This document shows, in pieces, positions 28,585 through 37,955 of a DNA stretch of 64,000 nt. A program made the position numbers and the translations under genes. The DNA is taken from NCBI GenBank assembly GCA_937877565.1, contig CALFJB010000056.1:11151-75150 (forward strand), written 5' to 3'. The stretch comes from an uncultured Selenomonadales bacterium. GTDB taxonomy: Bacteria > Bacillota > Negativicutes > Selenomonadales > Selenomonadaceae. The notes under the pieces are model-generated. The model had not been told where the DNA came from, ran no database searches, and worked only from the letters and a program-made list of their open reading frames with translations. Numbering within the stretch: position 1 is the stretch's first letter; every line of letters begins with the position of its first letter.

Positions 28585-31500
28585 AGTAAAGCACGGCACA
28601 AATCCATACTGCAAGCACGGATTATCTGCATACATCCTGCCCATATACAATCCTAAATAATTTGTACCGTCCGTCGAACGACTCCAATTTCCAAAATATA
28701 GGTACAAGTGTCCCTCATACGTCATCGTCTGAAATGTATTCCCCGCTGCAAAAAAATCATACCGCTCTTGAAATGAATAATCTTCACTGTAACCCGACGG
28801 CAGCCAACTTGCATGCGTCGTCCCCCGCCATTCGTACCACGACATTCGCCATATCTTCTTTATTTCATATTCCCTGCCATTGTACTTTTTGCACTCCCTT
28901 ATATACGCCGCGGGTCCTCCATCTATCAAACTGTAAAAATTGTCTGGATCGTAATTAAATGTAAACGCCGCGCCATCACTGCCCGTCATTCCTTCACTAA
29001 AATTCAGCGGCGATAATACCTCCCATTGCGTAAGATGAGAGCCGGCCGTCCTAAATACCGCAAAATGTGCCCGCTTATCGCCTTCAATCGTCGCGTTGTG
29101 ATTTATTCCCATCAGTACCGCCACTAATTCTGTACCGCTTCCAAAACTTAAATCGCCCAAACTGCCTTTTACCGTCAGCTTTTTAGTTTCGCCCACGTCA
29201 AAATTTTCCGCCAGCGTTCCATTACGCGCCCACGTCGCTATCTTCGCCCAACTTAAATCATTCAACCTCAACGCTATTTTTAGCGGAACAATTCTAAAAT
29301 GACGCGAACGCTTATAATTGGCAGTCTCACTTAGATATATTTCAATGCTATATTCTATATCCGTTCGGGCTACATAATCCGGCGAATCTAAAAGCGTTTC
29401 TCCTTCTTCCCAAGTTTCTGCAGTAATGTGATATGACCTTATACCCGTCAACGTCAGCTTACCTGCCGTGCTGTCAAATGTCGATTCAAAAAAATAATTC
29501 CACGCTTTATGAAGTGTCTTTGTTATAATGCCGTCGCCGGTTTTACTTGTAACTGTAAAAGTGCGCGTCAGCTTCTTTGGCGTAAAATTTGTACGGTAGT
29601 AAATTGATTCAGCGGGTACGCCGCCAATTACTTCAAAAGTGCTGCCGTCGCTGACTGTAACCGTGAATGACGGTTCAGCTTTTTCAATCGTGAAGGTAAA
29701 AGTTTTTGCGCCGTAACTGCCATCAGCCCACGTGCAACAATTTCGCGGCGTCAATGTTATTTCGTAACTGCCCGCGTTCGTAAATGAAGTTGCCGCGTCT
29801 TTCGTCCCGCCGCCTGTACAGAATAAAAATAAACCATTCGTTGCCAAGTCTGAATCGCCCGCAATCGCTGAAAAGCCTTCAGTCCATTTGTGCGCCGTCC
29901 CGTCGTAAGTTATCGTTACATCCTGCGCGAGCGTGCTGAAATAATCCGGCAGTGCGTACGGCTCCAAATTTACCAAAATACTTTTATCAGCAGTCGTTCC
30001 ATCAGACCACGTGTAATTTGTTTTATCTTTCAAACTGACAGTGCTTGCTTTTATTTTTGACGTGTGAGAATCATCGAACCAAGACGATACTTTTGATTCA
30101 ACGACGGACACGGTAGCACCGAAATAAAAGCCGTTGGCGTTTGCATCTCTCCCGTTGGTAGTGTTTGCCTTCGTCATTAAATTCACGTCGTACCCGTTCA
30201 AAACTACGTACCAAGACATTTTACTTGAAGTTACAACCTGATAAGTTGAGCCGGTGGGAATAGGAATTGCCTGCCCGCCAATTTCCCAATGTATTTCGTA
30301 AGTTGCCGCAGTCAAGCCGTCGAATTGGTAACAAGTTGGTTTTTTCAAAGTGAAAGTTGCCGTATAATTTCCAACGTTCGCCGCCGAATAGACGCCGCCC
30401 AGTGTCATTAAAGTTTCATCGTAATTTTCAAACTCTAAAACTTTTGTACTGCCATCTGAAACAAAGTAAGTTGAAGTCGCCGCCGGGCGTGCAACTGTCG
30501 CCTTCAAAATTTTAAAATCCACGTAAATTGGGTCAGTTGCGCCGTCGTCTTCCCATTCGCAGCTGTCATTGGGCGTAAAATAGCAGGTATAATCGCCGGG
30601 CAAAATCATTCCAACATAGCCCGTGCCTTCAACGTAACCATCGCCGTAACGTTGAAATTCCCTGCCGCTCCAATTCGCAACCGTCGCCGAATGATATTTT
30701 CCGTCGTACGTGTGAACCGTCGTAGTTATAATTGGCTTAGCAATCGGCTTGCGGTTAATCGTCCACGTTACATTTTTAGCAGTTGTGGTTCCATCAGACC
30801 ACGTGTAATTTTCCTTCGGCGTTATTGTTGCCGTATAAGTGCCGGCGTTTATCGCTGAATTGCCGGTTATGTCGTGGTACGTTGAATCAAAGTTTTGAAT
30901 CGTAGGTCTTTGAGTCCTGCCAAGATAGTAAGTCAAAGTCCCAACTTGTTCAAAGCCGCTTGACATTTCCTCCGTCAATTTCGCCCGTGTAATTTGCCAC
31001 GTTAAATCGTGTGGTACGCGTGCATATGCTACTTGCCCGCCGAAATATGTATTTACATTATCTTTCAGCGTCAAAGTTATTGTATAGTTGCCAACATTTG
31101 CAGCTGAAGTGTCGCCGGTTATGGTACACCATTTTTGATAATAAGTTAAATTGTATTCGCTAAGTATTGAGCCGCTCAACTTATAAACAAGCTCCGGCGT
31201 AAATTCCGCGCCGTTGTATTCGTATTCGGTGTACTTCAACGACGGCGATTTTATTTCAAGTGCTTTAATTTTCCAATTCAAAGTTATTGGCGCGGTAGTT
31301 CCATCAGTCCACGTGTAACTTGCATCTTTGAGCGTGAAAGTCAAAGAATAATCGCCGACTGTTGTAGCCTTCCACGTTCCTTCCGCCGTCATTAATTCTT
31401 CATTGTAATTTCTGACAGGCGCGGTTTGTTCTTCGCCGCTGTAATTTAAACTGTAAGAAGCTGTCGTGAAAGGCCATTTCGGCGGGGTAACTTTGTTCAG

Positions 31501-33387
31501 TGAAATGCTCCAGTCCAAATTCACGTTGTCTGTCGTTAAATCTTCCCAAACGTGGTTAGTATCTTTCAGCGCGAAAGTAACGGTATAATCGCCCGCCGCC
31601 TTCGCCGTGATTGTCCCGCTGCGCGTCATATAACTTGAATTGTAGCCGTTAATTACGACAGTTTGATTTGAGCCGGTGTAACTCAAAAGATTATTTTCAA
31701 GCGTTGGCTTAGCAAGTGGCGCGGGGTCGATTTTCCATTCAACGTCTTTTGCAGTTGTCGTCCCGTCGTTCCACTTCATATTAGTTTGCGGCGAAATTTT
31801 TAAAGTATAAGTACCGGCGTTTTTAGCTGAAGTCGTACCGCTCAAAACGTGAATTCTATAATCGTAATGCTGAATTTTTGGAGCCAAATTAGAGCCGGTG
31901 TAAGTCAAAGTTCCAACCTGCGCGAAGCCGCTGGATTGACTTGCCGACAAAACGACTTCTTCCATATGCCATTCAATCGTTTTATTTGAAGTGGTATTGT
32001 CGCTCCACACTGTGTTGTTCGTGTCTTTGAGTGAAATAATTGCCGTGTAAGTGCCAACGTTGGTTGCCTTGTTCCCGCTGATTGTTTCATACGTTGAATC
32101 AAAATCGTGGAGGAGAAATTCTTGTTCCGTGCCGTCGTAATAATAGGACAAAACAACTTCGTAGGGGATATTCAATTTCAACTTTTCCATCGTCCAAGTT
32201 ACGCTTTTTGGCGAATTGTCTTGCGTGTCGCTCCATTTGTAACCGCTTTTCGGCGTAAAAGTTACCGTGTAAGTGCCTGCGTTTTTAGCTGAAGTCGTCC
32301 CGCCAATTTCAAGTTGAGTTGAATCGTACAAATACCATATCGGCGTTTGAGTTTCCCCGTTGTAAATCATTTCTACAAGCGAATATGGTACAAATAGAAT
32401 ATCAATTCTTTCATCAACCGGCGGCGTAAATTCTATAATCTGCCAGCCTTTGGCGGTTAAAACTGCGTCTTCGTAACCTGCGGGCGGCGCGGGGACTAAG
32501 CCGCGTTTGCCGTTCGCTGATGAAGTTGGTGCTGAAAAGTCATTCAACGAATTTGATATTGCATTGAATTTACTGTCCGTGTAACTTTTCGCACTGTTCA
32601 AAGTCGCCGTCGACTTCGTATTGATTAACGAAGTCAACGTGTTTTGCAAATTTGTAATTGCAGTTTGCCGGTCTGTTACTTCGTTTGATATTGCGCTTGA
32701 AAGGTTTGTATCTTCGGTTGTACGGTCTGATATTTCCTGATTCAATCTTTGATTTAACGTCGCTAAGTTTGCACTTTGCGTGCTTGCCTGATTCTGTATC
32801 TGATCGCGCAAATTTGTATTCGTGATACTTTGCGCCGCCTGCAAGTCTCCAAGTGAAACCATTATTGCCGCTTGCGTGTCTGCTATTTCTTGACTGCGCG
32901 CCGTACTTTCTGCGTCAATCGCCGCGTTTAAATTTGTTACCGCGTTGTTTAAATCCTCGCGCAGGTTTGCATCTGCCGCCGTCCGATTCGTTATTTCATT
33001 TTCTAACTTTGAATTTAATAGCGCAGTCGCCGCGCGTTGGGCGTCGTCTTTATTTTGAATTTCGGTTTCTAAATTCTCTACCGCGTCATTTAAATCTTGC
33101 CGGACATTCGATATTGAAGCGTTCAATTCGTCCTTCGCCGTATTTATCGCCAAAGTCCGATTTTCAGTTTCAGCAGTCAACGCCGCCATTATTTCCGCGT
33201 CTGCATTCTCCCGCGTCAATTTCTCTAACGTTAAGTCGCTTCCTATTTCTGAATCTGCGTTTTTCCGGTTTTCAATCTCTTCGCCTATTACCTCTTGCAG
33301 GCGCGTTATCTCTCGTTCAAAATACGCCGTAGTTTCGGTCTCTCGCACCTGTTCTTCCGTTACCGGCGTCTTTATTATCTGCCCCAT
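28579..33387 (-). CDS. giant tail fiber/adhesin
   Basis: 1602 aa. N-terminal coiled coil, then the fibre motif GKRGLVPAPPAG, then at least 11 Ig-like repeats (..GTYT.T.T.K....W.DGTT..K.V.W.I..), then a ~300-aa C-terminal domain. Confidence 0.7.
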   Translation of the reverse strand: MGQIIKTPVTEEQVRETETTAYFEREITRLQEVIGEEIENRKNADSEIGSDLTLEKLTRENADAEIMAALTAETENRTLAINTAKDELNASISNVRQDLNDAVENLETEIQNKDDAQRAATALLNSKLENEITNRTAADANLREDLNNAVTNLNAAIDAESTARSQEIADTQAAIMVSLGDLQAAQSITNTNLRDQIQNQASTQSANLATLNQRLNQEISDRTTEDTNLSSAISNEVTDRQTAITNLQNTLTSLINTKSTATLNSAKSYTDSKFNAISNSLNDFSAPTSSANGKRGLVPAPPAGYEDAVLTAKGWQIIEFTPPVDERIDILFVPYSLVEMIYNGETQTPIWYLYDSTQLEIGGTTSAKNAGTYTVTFTPKSGYKWSDTQDNSPKSVTWTMEKLKLNIPYEVVLSYYYDGTEQEFLLHDFDSTYETISGNKATNVGTYTAIISLKDTNNTVWSDNTTSNKTIEWHMEEVVLSASQSSGFAQVGTLTYTGSNLAPKIQHYDYRIHVLSGTTSAKNAGTYTLKISPQTNMKWNDGTTTAKDVEWKIDPAPLAKPTLENNLLSYTGSNQTVVINGYNSSYMTRSGTITAKAAGDYTVTFALKDTNHVWEDLTTDNVNLDWSISLNKVTPPKWPFTTASYSLNYSGEEQTAPVRNYNEELMTAEGTWKATTVGDYSLTFTLKDASYTWTDGTTAPITLNWKIKALEIKSPSLKYTEYEYNGAEFTPELVYKLSGSILSEYNLTYYQKWCTITGDTSAANVGNYTITLTLKDNVNTYFGGQVAYARVPHDLTWQITRAKLTEEMSSGFEQVGTLTYYLGRTQRPTIQNFDSTYHDITGNSAINAGTYTATITPKENYTWSDGTTTAKNVTWTINRKPIAKPIITTTVHTYDGKYHSATVANWSGREFQRYGDGYVEGTGYVGMILPGDYTCYFTPNDSCEWEDDGATDPIYVDFKILKATVARPAATSTYFVSDGSTKVLEFENYDETLMTLGGVYSAANVGNYTATFTLKKPTCYQFDGLTAATYEIHWEIGGQAIPIPTGSTYQVVTSSKMSWYVVLNGYDVNLMTKANTTNGRDANANGFYFGATVSVVESKVSSWFDDSHTSKIKASTVSLKDKTNYTWSDGTTADKSILVNLEPYALPDYFSTLAQDVTITYDGTAHKWTEGFSAIAGDSDLATNGLFLFCTGGGTKDAATSFTNAGSYEITLTPRNCCTWADGSYGAKTFTFTIEKAEPSFTVTVSDGSTFEVIGGVPAESIYYRTNFTPKKLTRTFTVTSKTGDGIITKTLHKAWNYFFESTFDSTAGKLTLTGIRSYHITAETWEEGETLLDSPDYVARTDIEYSIEIYLSETANYKRSRHFRIVPLKIALRLNDLSWAKIATWARNGTLAENFDVGETKKLTVKGSLGDLSFGSGTELVAVLMGINHNATIEGDKRAHFAVFRTAGSHLTQWEVLSPLNFSEGMTGSDGAAFTFNYDPDNFYSLIDGGPAAYIRECKKYNGREYEIKKIWRMSWYEWRGTTHASWLPSGYSEDYSFQERYDFFAAGNTFQTMTYEGHLYLYFGNWSRSTDGTNYLGLYMGRMYADNPCLQYGFVPCFTV

Positions 33388-33425
33388 TCTTTCACCACCG
33401 TTTTATTTATTTTTATCTTTTTTAT

Positions 33426-33496
33426 GTACTTTCTTTCCATTCGAAAAAAGAAAGTACCATGCGCGGCTTGCAAATGCGAGGAGTACGAGCATTTGC
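33426..33496 (-). repeat. stem-loops HP1 (33426-33457) and HP2 (33470-33496) upstream of the fiber gene
   Basis: In mRNA sense HP2 reads GCAAATGC-TCGTACTCCTC-GCATTTGC. This is the same loop as at 354-380, with a compensatory stem change. Confidence 0.7.
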
Positions 33497-33497
33497 T

Positions 33498-33540
33498 CCT
33501 AACACCTAACACCTAAAACCTAACAGCTAACACCTAAAAC
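33498..33540. repeat. heptamer array (CCTAACA/CCTAAAA/CCTAACAG)
   Basis: Read directly; encodes the last residues (LGVSC stop) of the 392-aa ORF. Confidence 0.85.
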
Positions 33541-34698
33541 ATATCCAAACACTTCCGCCCCGCCTTCTACTTCAATCCTGCCGCTCACTTCACGTAATGT
33601 ATCACCCAGCGTCCTATACTTAAACCGCGTCTTCTCCAATTCAGAAAAATCTAACGTCATCATCTGCCAATTCTCCGCCGCGTAATATTCATAGCTCGCC
33701 ACTATTTCTAACCCCGCCGACGCCGTCAGTTTCAAACTCGAAATTCCTGTATCCAATTCATAGTCAAAAAATGGCAAGCCTCCTATTTCCAAATGTAACG
33801 TGTCCTGCGCCACGTACCTATCCGGCAAATATATCGTCTGCTCAATTCCCGCCGTTTGCCCCAATATCACATTTTCGGCGCGTTTAGTTTCCATATTCAA
33901 ATTTACCCACGCCTTCAACTCTCGACCTTTCAACGGCTCGTGTTTTACTAACAAATAGCAAGTTTTCAAGTCCGCCGAATAGTTTTCTGTCTTCGTGTAA
34001 AACGTCCGAACATTCGCCGCATTTTTATTTGAGTCCTCTACATATTCAATTTTTAAACTGTCGATTGACGCCGCGTCCGTCCCGTCCAACGTCGTTACTA
34101 CAAAGTTTGTACGGAACTGAATCGCTTGCGCCACTTGCCCTTCAAATAAAGTGTAATAGTCCCAGTCGCTCCATTCGCCGCTAATCTTTCTAACCCGCGC
34201 ACTCGTTACCGCCGTTGCATTGTTTTCAGTCGTCTGACGTTCAGTCAATTTTACGATTCTTGCATTTTCCGCCAACTCAAAAATAGGCGAATAACTTAAA
34301 CGCGTGTAAACGTCGTTGTAGCTTGAAACTTTCAACGCCAATTTGATTTTCGGCATCACTTCAAAATCAAACGGCGCACTCAACGCAATTATCGGGTAAA
34401 CTTTTTTATTGACGAACGCCGGAATATTTTCCAGCTCCAACAATTCGCCGACCGTGTTCCCGTATTCCATCACGTCTTCAAATTCCCCACGGTACGGGTA
34501 CGGGTCCAATATCCCGTTCACAAATCTATACAGCGCGTCTTCTATCTTGAATATTATTCGCCGCATTGTTCCCGGCGGTTCTGTCCCGCCTATTTCAAAG
34601 CCTCTACAATTTGTCTCGTACGTTAAATCAAATGGTGCTAGCGATTTTATTAAGCCGCGTTTCAAAAATTTGTAACTGCTGCTCCCGTAATTTTTCAT
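33520..34698 (-). CDS. hypothetical phage structural protein (392 aa)
   Basis: Sits between the small-gene cassette and the fiber gene; ATGA overlap with the upstream gene; no family recognised. Confidence 0.55.
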   Translation of the reverse strand: MKNYGSSSYKFLKRGLIKSLAPFDLTYETNCRGFEIGGTEPPGTMRRIIFKIEDALYRFVNGILDPYPYRGEFEDVMEYGNTVGELLELENIPAFVNKKVYPIIALSAPFDFEVMPKIKLALKVSSYNDVYTRLSYSPIFELAENARIVKLTERQTTENNATAVTSARVRKISGEWSDWDYYTLFEGQVAQAIQFRTNFVVTTLDGTDAASIDSLKIEYVEDSNKNAANVRTFYTKTENYSADLKTCYLLVKHEPLKGRELKAWVNLNMETKRAENVILGQTAGIEQTIYLPDRYVAQDTLHLEIGGLPFFDYELDTGISSLKLTASAGLEIVASYEYYAAENWQMMTLDFSELEKTRFKYRTLGDTLREVSGRIEVEGGAEVFGYVLGVSC

Positions 34699-34889
34699 AA
34701 CTCCTCGCCGTCCATATAGTTTTCTATGTCAAAATTCTTCCAGTCGAACTTGCTATTGTCCGTAAATATCGCCGTCACTGCCTTTAATATTTCCGCAGTT
34801 TCAGCCGCCGTCTTCCCGTCCAATACCTTCAATATTTCGGTTATCGCCTTGCGGCTGCTGTCTTTTTGTAATATTTTTTCCAATTTCAT
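34695..34889 (-). CDS. hypothetical small phage protein (64 aa)
   Basis: Start ATG 34889 lies 8 nt after GGAGG; the stop overlaps the next start (ATGA). Confidence 0.5.
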   Translation of the reverse strand: MKLEKILQKDSSRKAITEILKVLDGKTAAETAEILKAVTAIFTDNSKFDWKNFDIENYMDGEEL

Positions 34890-34922
34890 TTTTATTACCT
34901 CCAACCTAAAACCTAAAAAAGA

Positions 34923-34944
34923 AATGACTGCACACGCCCGCGCC
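34923..34944 (+). repeat. left arm of a perfect 22-bp inverted repeat (AATGACTGCACACGCCCGCGCC)
   Basis: Exact reverse complement of 36053-36074. Confidence 0.95.
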
Positions 34945-34952
34945 CAATTATT

Positions 34953-35195
34953 CTATCTTAAATCTAAATTAGTTGTTGTTTTGCGAATTGTTCGCGCGCC
35001 GGTAAATTGTAAAAAGCCTGCTCCGCCTTTATCGCCGAGTAAAGCTTGTGTAGTTCTCCCAATCGCACTTACCGCGTTAATTTGCGCCGCTGTCAACCCG
35101 GTTTTCGGGCTGTCTACTGTCAAAACGCGCGTGTCGTTATCAGTAAACTTCATATCTATTTTCAATTCGCTTACTTGCGTTACTTTGTCTGCCAT
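34953..35195 (-). CDS. small phage protein, paralog family member (80 aa)
   Basis: Good RBS (AGGAGGAG); shares the pattern beta-strand, D/G-K/R, T, P, A-rich helix with its neighbours. Confidence 0.6.
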   Translation of the reverse strand: MADKVTQVSELKIDMKFTDNDTRVLTVDSPKTGLTAAQINAVSAIGRTTQALLGDKGGAGFLQFTGARTIRKTTTNLDLR

Positions 35196-35207
35196 TTAAA
35201 TCTCCTC

Positions 35208-35414
35208 CTATTCCGCCAATAGTTCATTCACGCTTTGTTCATCCCTAATTACCGTGTCCGAATATGTATTGGTCGTCAAATTGATTAAAGCGCGGGCAAA
35301 TGTGTCTATGTTCGCGGCGGTTGCTGCAGGGTTCGCGTGCGTCATCGTTTTTACCGATTCATTACCCAGCGCGTCTGTACTTTTTAAAATCAACATCCTA
35401 TTCACTGTCGCCAT
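35208..35414 (-). CDS. small phage protein, paralog family member (68 aa)
   Basis: ALGNESVKTMTHANPAATAANIDTFARALINLT resembles the 66-aa protein. Leader and upstream stop context are duplicated from the neighbouring gene. Confidence 0.6.
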   Translation of the reverse strand: MATVNRMLILKSTDALGNESVKTMTHANPAATAANIDTFARALINLTTNTYSDTVIRDEQSVNELLAE

Positions 35415-35426
35415 TTAAATCACCGC

Positions 35427-35672
35427 CTATTCCACGTTCAAATTAATTTCTTCTTCTTCGACGGTTACTACGGTTGCCGCGCTGATACTTGCAAACGGAC
35501 TGCCCGCCTCTGAAATGTACGTGTCTGATATCGCCGACGCGTCGAAGTTTTTAATTTTTGTACGCAATGTTTCGATAACGATTGTATCACTTGCGAATGG
35601 TCCAAATTCCAATTCGCGCTTGTCGTCGTTCGCAAATGCATTTGTTATTTTAAATTTTGTCGTATTCGCCAT
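35427..35672 (-). CDS. small phage protein, paralog family member (81 aa)
   Basis: Preceded by the conserved leader TCGACTGAAAGGAGA; acidic C-terminal tail. Confidence 0.6.
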   Translation of the reverse strand: MANTTKFKITNAFANDDKRELEFGPFASDTIVIETLRTKIKNFDASAISDTYISEAGSPFASISAATVVTVEEEEINLNVE

Positions 35673-35698
35673 TTTTTATTTCTCCTTTCAGTCGAAAT

Positions 35699-35752
35699 AG
35701 GATACAGGATACAGCTTAAAAAAATGTTTCCTGTCTCCTGTTCCCTGTTTCC
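35699..35752. repeat. heptamer hairpin of a second unit type (AGGATAC x2 arm, CCTGTCT/CCTGTTC/CCTGTTT arm)
   Basis: Read directly; intercistronic. Confidence 0.8.
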
Positions 35753-35757
35753 TAAAA

Positions 35758-36033
35758 TCAAGGCTCTTCCTCTTCTACTTCTACTACGCTATATTCTACT
35801 ACCTTTTTGCCGGTTGTATCGTCATAGCGTCCACCGGCTAACCCTGTTACAAACGCGCTGTATACTGTCTTTGCCGCCGCTAAATCCGCGTTCGTCTTGA
35901 TTCCAGGCATTGAAAATGTCTTCTTTCCTGCTGCCGTATCGCCGCTCTGCGCTATGTTCCCGTCCATCGTCAACGCTACGTCAAATTTCACTGTCGCCGC
36001 TTGCGGACTGCTCCACTGCTTTATTGTTGCCAT
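35758..36033 (-). CDS. small phage protein, paralog family member (91 aa)
   Basis: GKKTFSMPGIKTNADLAAAKTVYSAFVTGLAG fits the family pattern; acidic tail EVEEEEP. Confidence 0.6.
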   Translation of the reverse strand: MATIKQWSSPQAATVKFDVALTMDGNIAQSGDTAAGKKTFSMPGIKTNADLAAAKTVYSAFVTGLAGGRYDDTTGKKVVEYSVVEVEEEEP

Positions 36034-36052
36034 TTTTCCTTCCTCCTCAATA

Positions 36053-36074
36053 GGCGCGGGCGTGTGCAGTCATT
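36053..36074 (-). repeat. right arm of the perfect 22-bp inverted repeat
   Basis: GGCGCGGGCGTGTGCAGTCATT on the plus strand, about 10 nt upstream (mRNA sense) of the Shine-Dalgarno sequence (GAGGAGG, 36037-36043) of the 91-aa gene. Confidence 0.95.
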
Positions 36075-36099
36075 CCGCTTCCTTATTAAGGTTTTATAT

Positions 36100-36252
36100 C
36101 TTCTTTTCTTTTTCCAATGCAAAAAAGAAAAGAAGCAAAAGAAAAGTGCATTTAACGGCGCGTCAAGGCTTTGGCGTTCTCGTATCTTCTAATCTGCTGC
36201 CGCCCCTGCCTTACGTAATTCCCACTCTTGCTGACGCAAGCTGATGACGCGC
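36100..36252 (-). promoter_or_regulatory. structured sheath-to-cassette spacer
   Basis: 14-bp hairpin 36100-36135 (CTTCTTTTCTTTTT/AAAAAGAAAAGAAG). A 9-bp stem GGCGCGTCA (36157-65) / TGACGCGCC (36244-52) encloses 78 nt. Confidence 0.6.
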
Positions 36253-36255
36253 CTT

Positions 36256-36285
36256 CCTGTCCCCTGTCTCCTGTCCCCTGTCTCC
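36256..36285. repeat. heptamer array (CCTGTCC/CCTGTCT)
   Basis: Read directly; abuts the sheath stop codon. Confidence 0.8.
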
Positions 36286-37931
36286 TATATAAACAACGTC
36301 TCAAAATAACTCGTGTCTACTTCCATCTCAAATACTATCTCCTGCGCAGGCGGCGGACTCAACCAGTACAATCTAAAGTGTAACGCCCCACTCATCAAAT
36401 TCGCCGTCGTATTCTCATCTTCCGGAAATTCAAGCCTTGCTCCTAATAACGCTCCTCGCGCCGCCAAACTGCTCAAATATATGTTCGCACTCTGCAATAT
36501 CCCTTCTATGTTCCGCCTATTTATCGGATTGTCCAAATTCGTAAAATAAGTTATCGTCAAATACGCCGTCAAAAAATTCAACATCCTACGCGTCGCTATA
36601 AATTCGTCCTTATAGTCTTCGCCGGGTCCTACACTCGTATAATTACCCCAATATTTCCAGCTCCCCCAACTAAATACCGTCCCTACTCCATTTGCATTTA
36701 ACAAATTAGCCTGCTCCTGCAACAATATCATTTCCGTTCCATCTGCTGTCACCGCGCTGTCAATTTGCAATCGCTGATTCGACGGGCTCACATACGGCAA
36801 CCCGTCATTTTGACTGTCTACCTGATTCATCAACGCCGCTAAATGTGTTGACAAGTAATATTGCACGCCGTCCAACGCAACTTTAGGATAACAAACTATT
36901 AAATGCGGGTCGGACAAATTGCTCTGATTCTTAAATTCTATCGCCGCTTGATACGTCGTATTTCGTGCGCTGTCCAAGTCCGCTATCGCCACACCTTTAA
37001 ACACGCCGTCTATCGACTTCGCCTTATTCGTCAACGCCGCCGCCACGCTATTTTGTAAACTGTACTTAGGCGCAATTAACGTTCCAGGTACTATGTTAAA
37101 GCGCGCGTAAATCCCACCCACTTTTTCGATATTGTCTATTATATCCTGCGCCGTCACTGCAGACGGATCCAATTCGTGGTACGTCACTTTCACTTTGTCG
37201 TCAATTATCAAACTTTCATCCAAAATTGTTACCTGCGCGAAACTATCGCCGCTTTGAATATCAAAATCCAAACTGCGCAAATTATTTATACCGCGCGTCG
37301 TCACTTCCACTGATTCTAAAATGGCGTCTTCAGGTAATACGTACTTGCCATTTGTTAAATTAGCGTAAGCAACTTCAACTACTACCGGTTCGCCGCCAAG
37401 TGCCGTTTCAGTTTTACGGTAACTGATTTTCACAGTCCCGCCCAATAAAATTTTGCCGCTTGCATTTGAAATTGTAACGGACTTTTCAGTTATGGCTTCG
37501 TCGCCTTCGCCGGTCGTTACTTCCGCCGTCGTAATGTCATCAGCTAAATCAATATCGCCTTGATTGACGCCGGTCGTAACTGCAACCGTGTCCAAAATGA
37601 CTTCGCCTTCAAGTTTGAAACTTGCCTGCCCTTCAATTTCTTTTTCAATTTCCTTGAAATGTTTGCTGCCGTTCAGCGCGTTAATGCAGATAACCGGCGC
37701 AACGTTGTACAATTTGAAAAAGGTTGCTGCCACTTCCTCAAGCGTGTAATTGTCAAAGTCGCCGACGTAACCGAAATTTTCCACAAATTCCTTGTACGTG
37801 TAGCAGATAACCGGTTTGTCCTGCGCGATTTTCGCAGTGCCTATCGCAACGCAAATGCCGCTGTCAATTTGTACAGGAGCTTGAATTTGCGTCGCCACTT
37901 CACTAATATAAATTCCGTGTCTTATTGCCAT
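36285..37931 (-). CDS. contractile tail sheath protein
   Basis: N-terminus MAIRHGIYISEV..VAIGTA..KPVICYTYKEFVENFGY..YTLEEVA and C-terminal ..LPYVSPSNQ..GNYTS..RRML..DNPINRRN match the remembered Mu/P2-type sheath pattern. Confidence 0.7.
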   Translation of the reverse strand: MAIRHGIYISEVATQIQAPVQIDSGICVAIGTAKIAQDKPVICYTYKEFVENFGYVGDFDNYTLEEVAATFFKLYNVAPVICINALNGSKHFKEIEKEIEGQASFKLEGEVILDTVAVTTGVNQGDIDLADDITTAEVTTGEGDEAITEKSVTISNASGKILLGGTVKISYRKTETALGGEPVVVEVAYANLTNGKYVLPEDAILESVEVTTRGINNLRSLDFDIQSGDSFAQVTILDESLIIDDKVKVTYHELDPSAVTAQDIIDNIEKVGGIYARFNIVPGTLIAPKYSLQNSVAAALTNKAKSIDGVFKGVAIADLDSARNTTYQAAIEFKNQSNLSDPHLIVCYPKVALDGVQYYLSTHLAALMNQVDSQNDGLPYVSPSNQRLQIDSAVTADGTEMILLQEQANLLNANGVGTVFSWGSWKYWGNYTSVGPGEDYKDEFIATRRMLNFLTAYLTITYFTNLDNPINRRNIEGILQSANIYLSSLAARGALLGARLEFPEDENTTANLMSGALHFRLYWLSPPPAQEIVFEMEVDTSYFETLFI

Positions 37932-37955
37932 TAAAATTTCTCCTTTCAGTCGAAA

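Noticed and set aside
32853-33332. 159-aa Pro/Leu/Ser-rich plus-strand ORF
   Set aside because: It is antisense to the coiled-coil N-terminus of the fiber gene; it is low-complexity and has no RBS.
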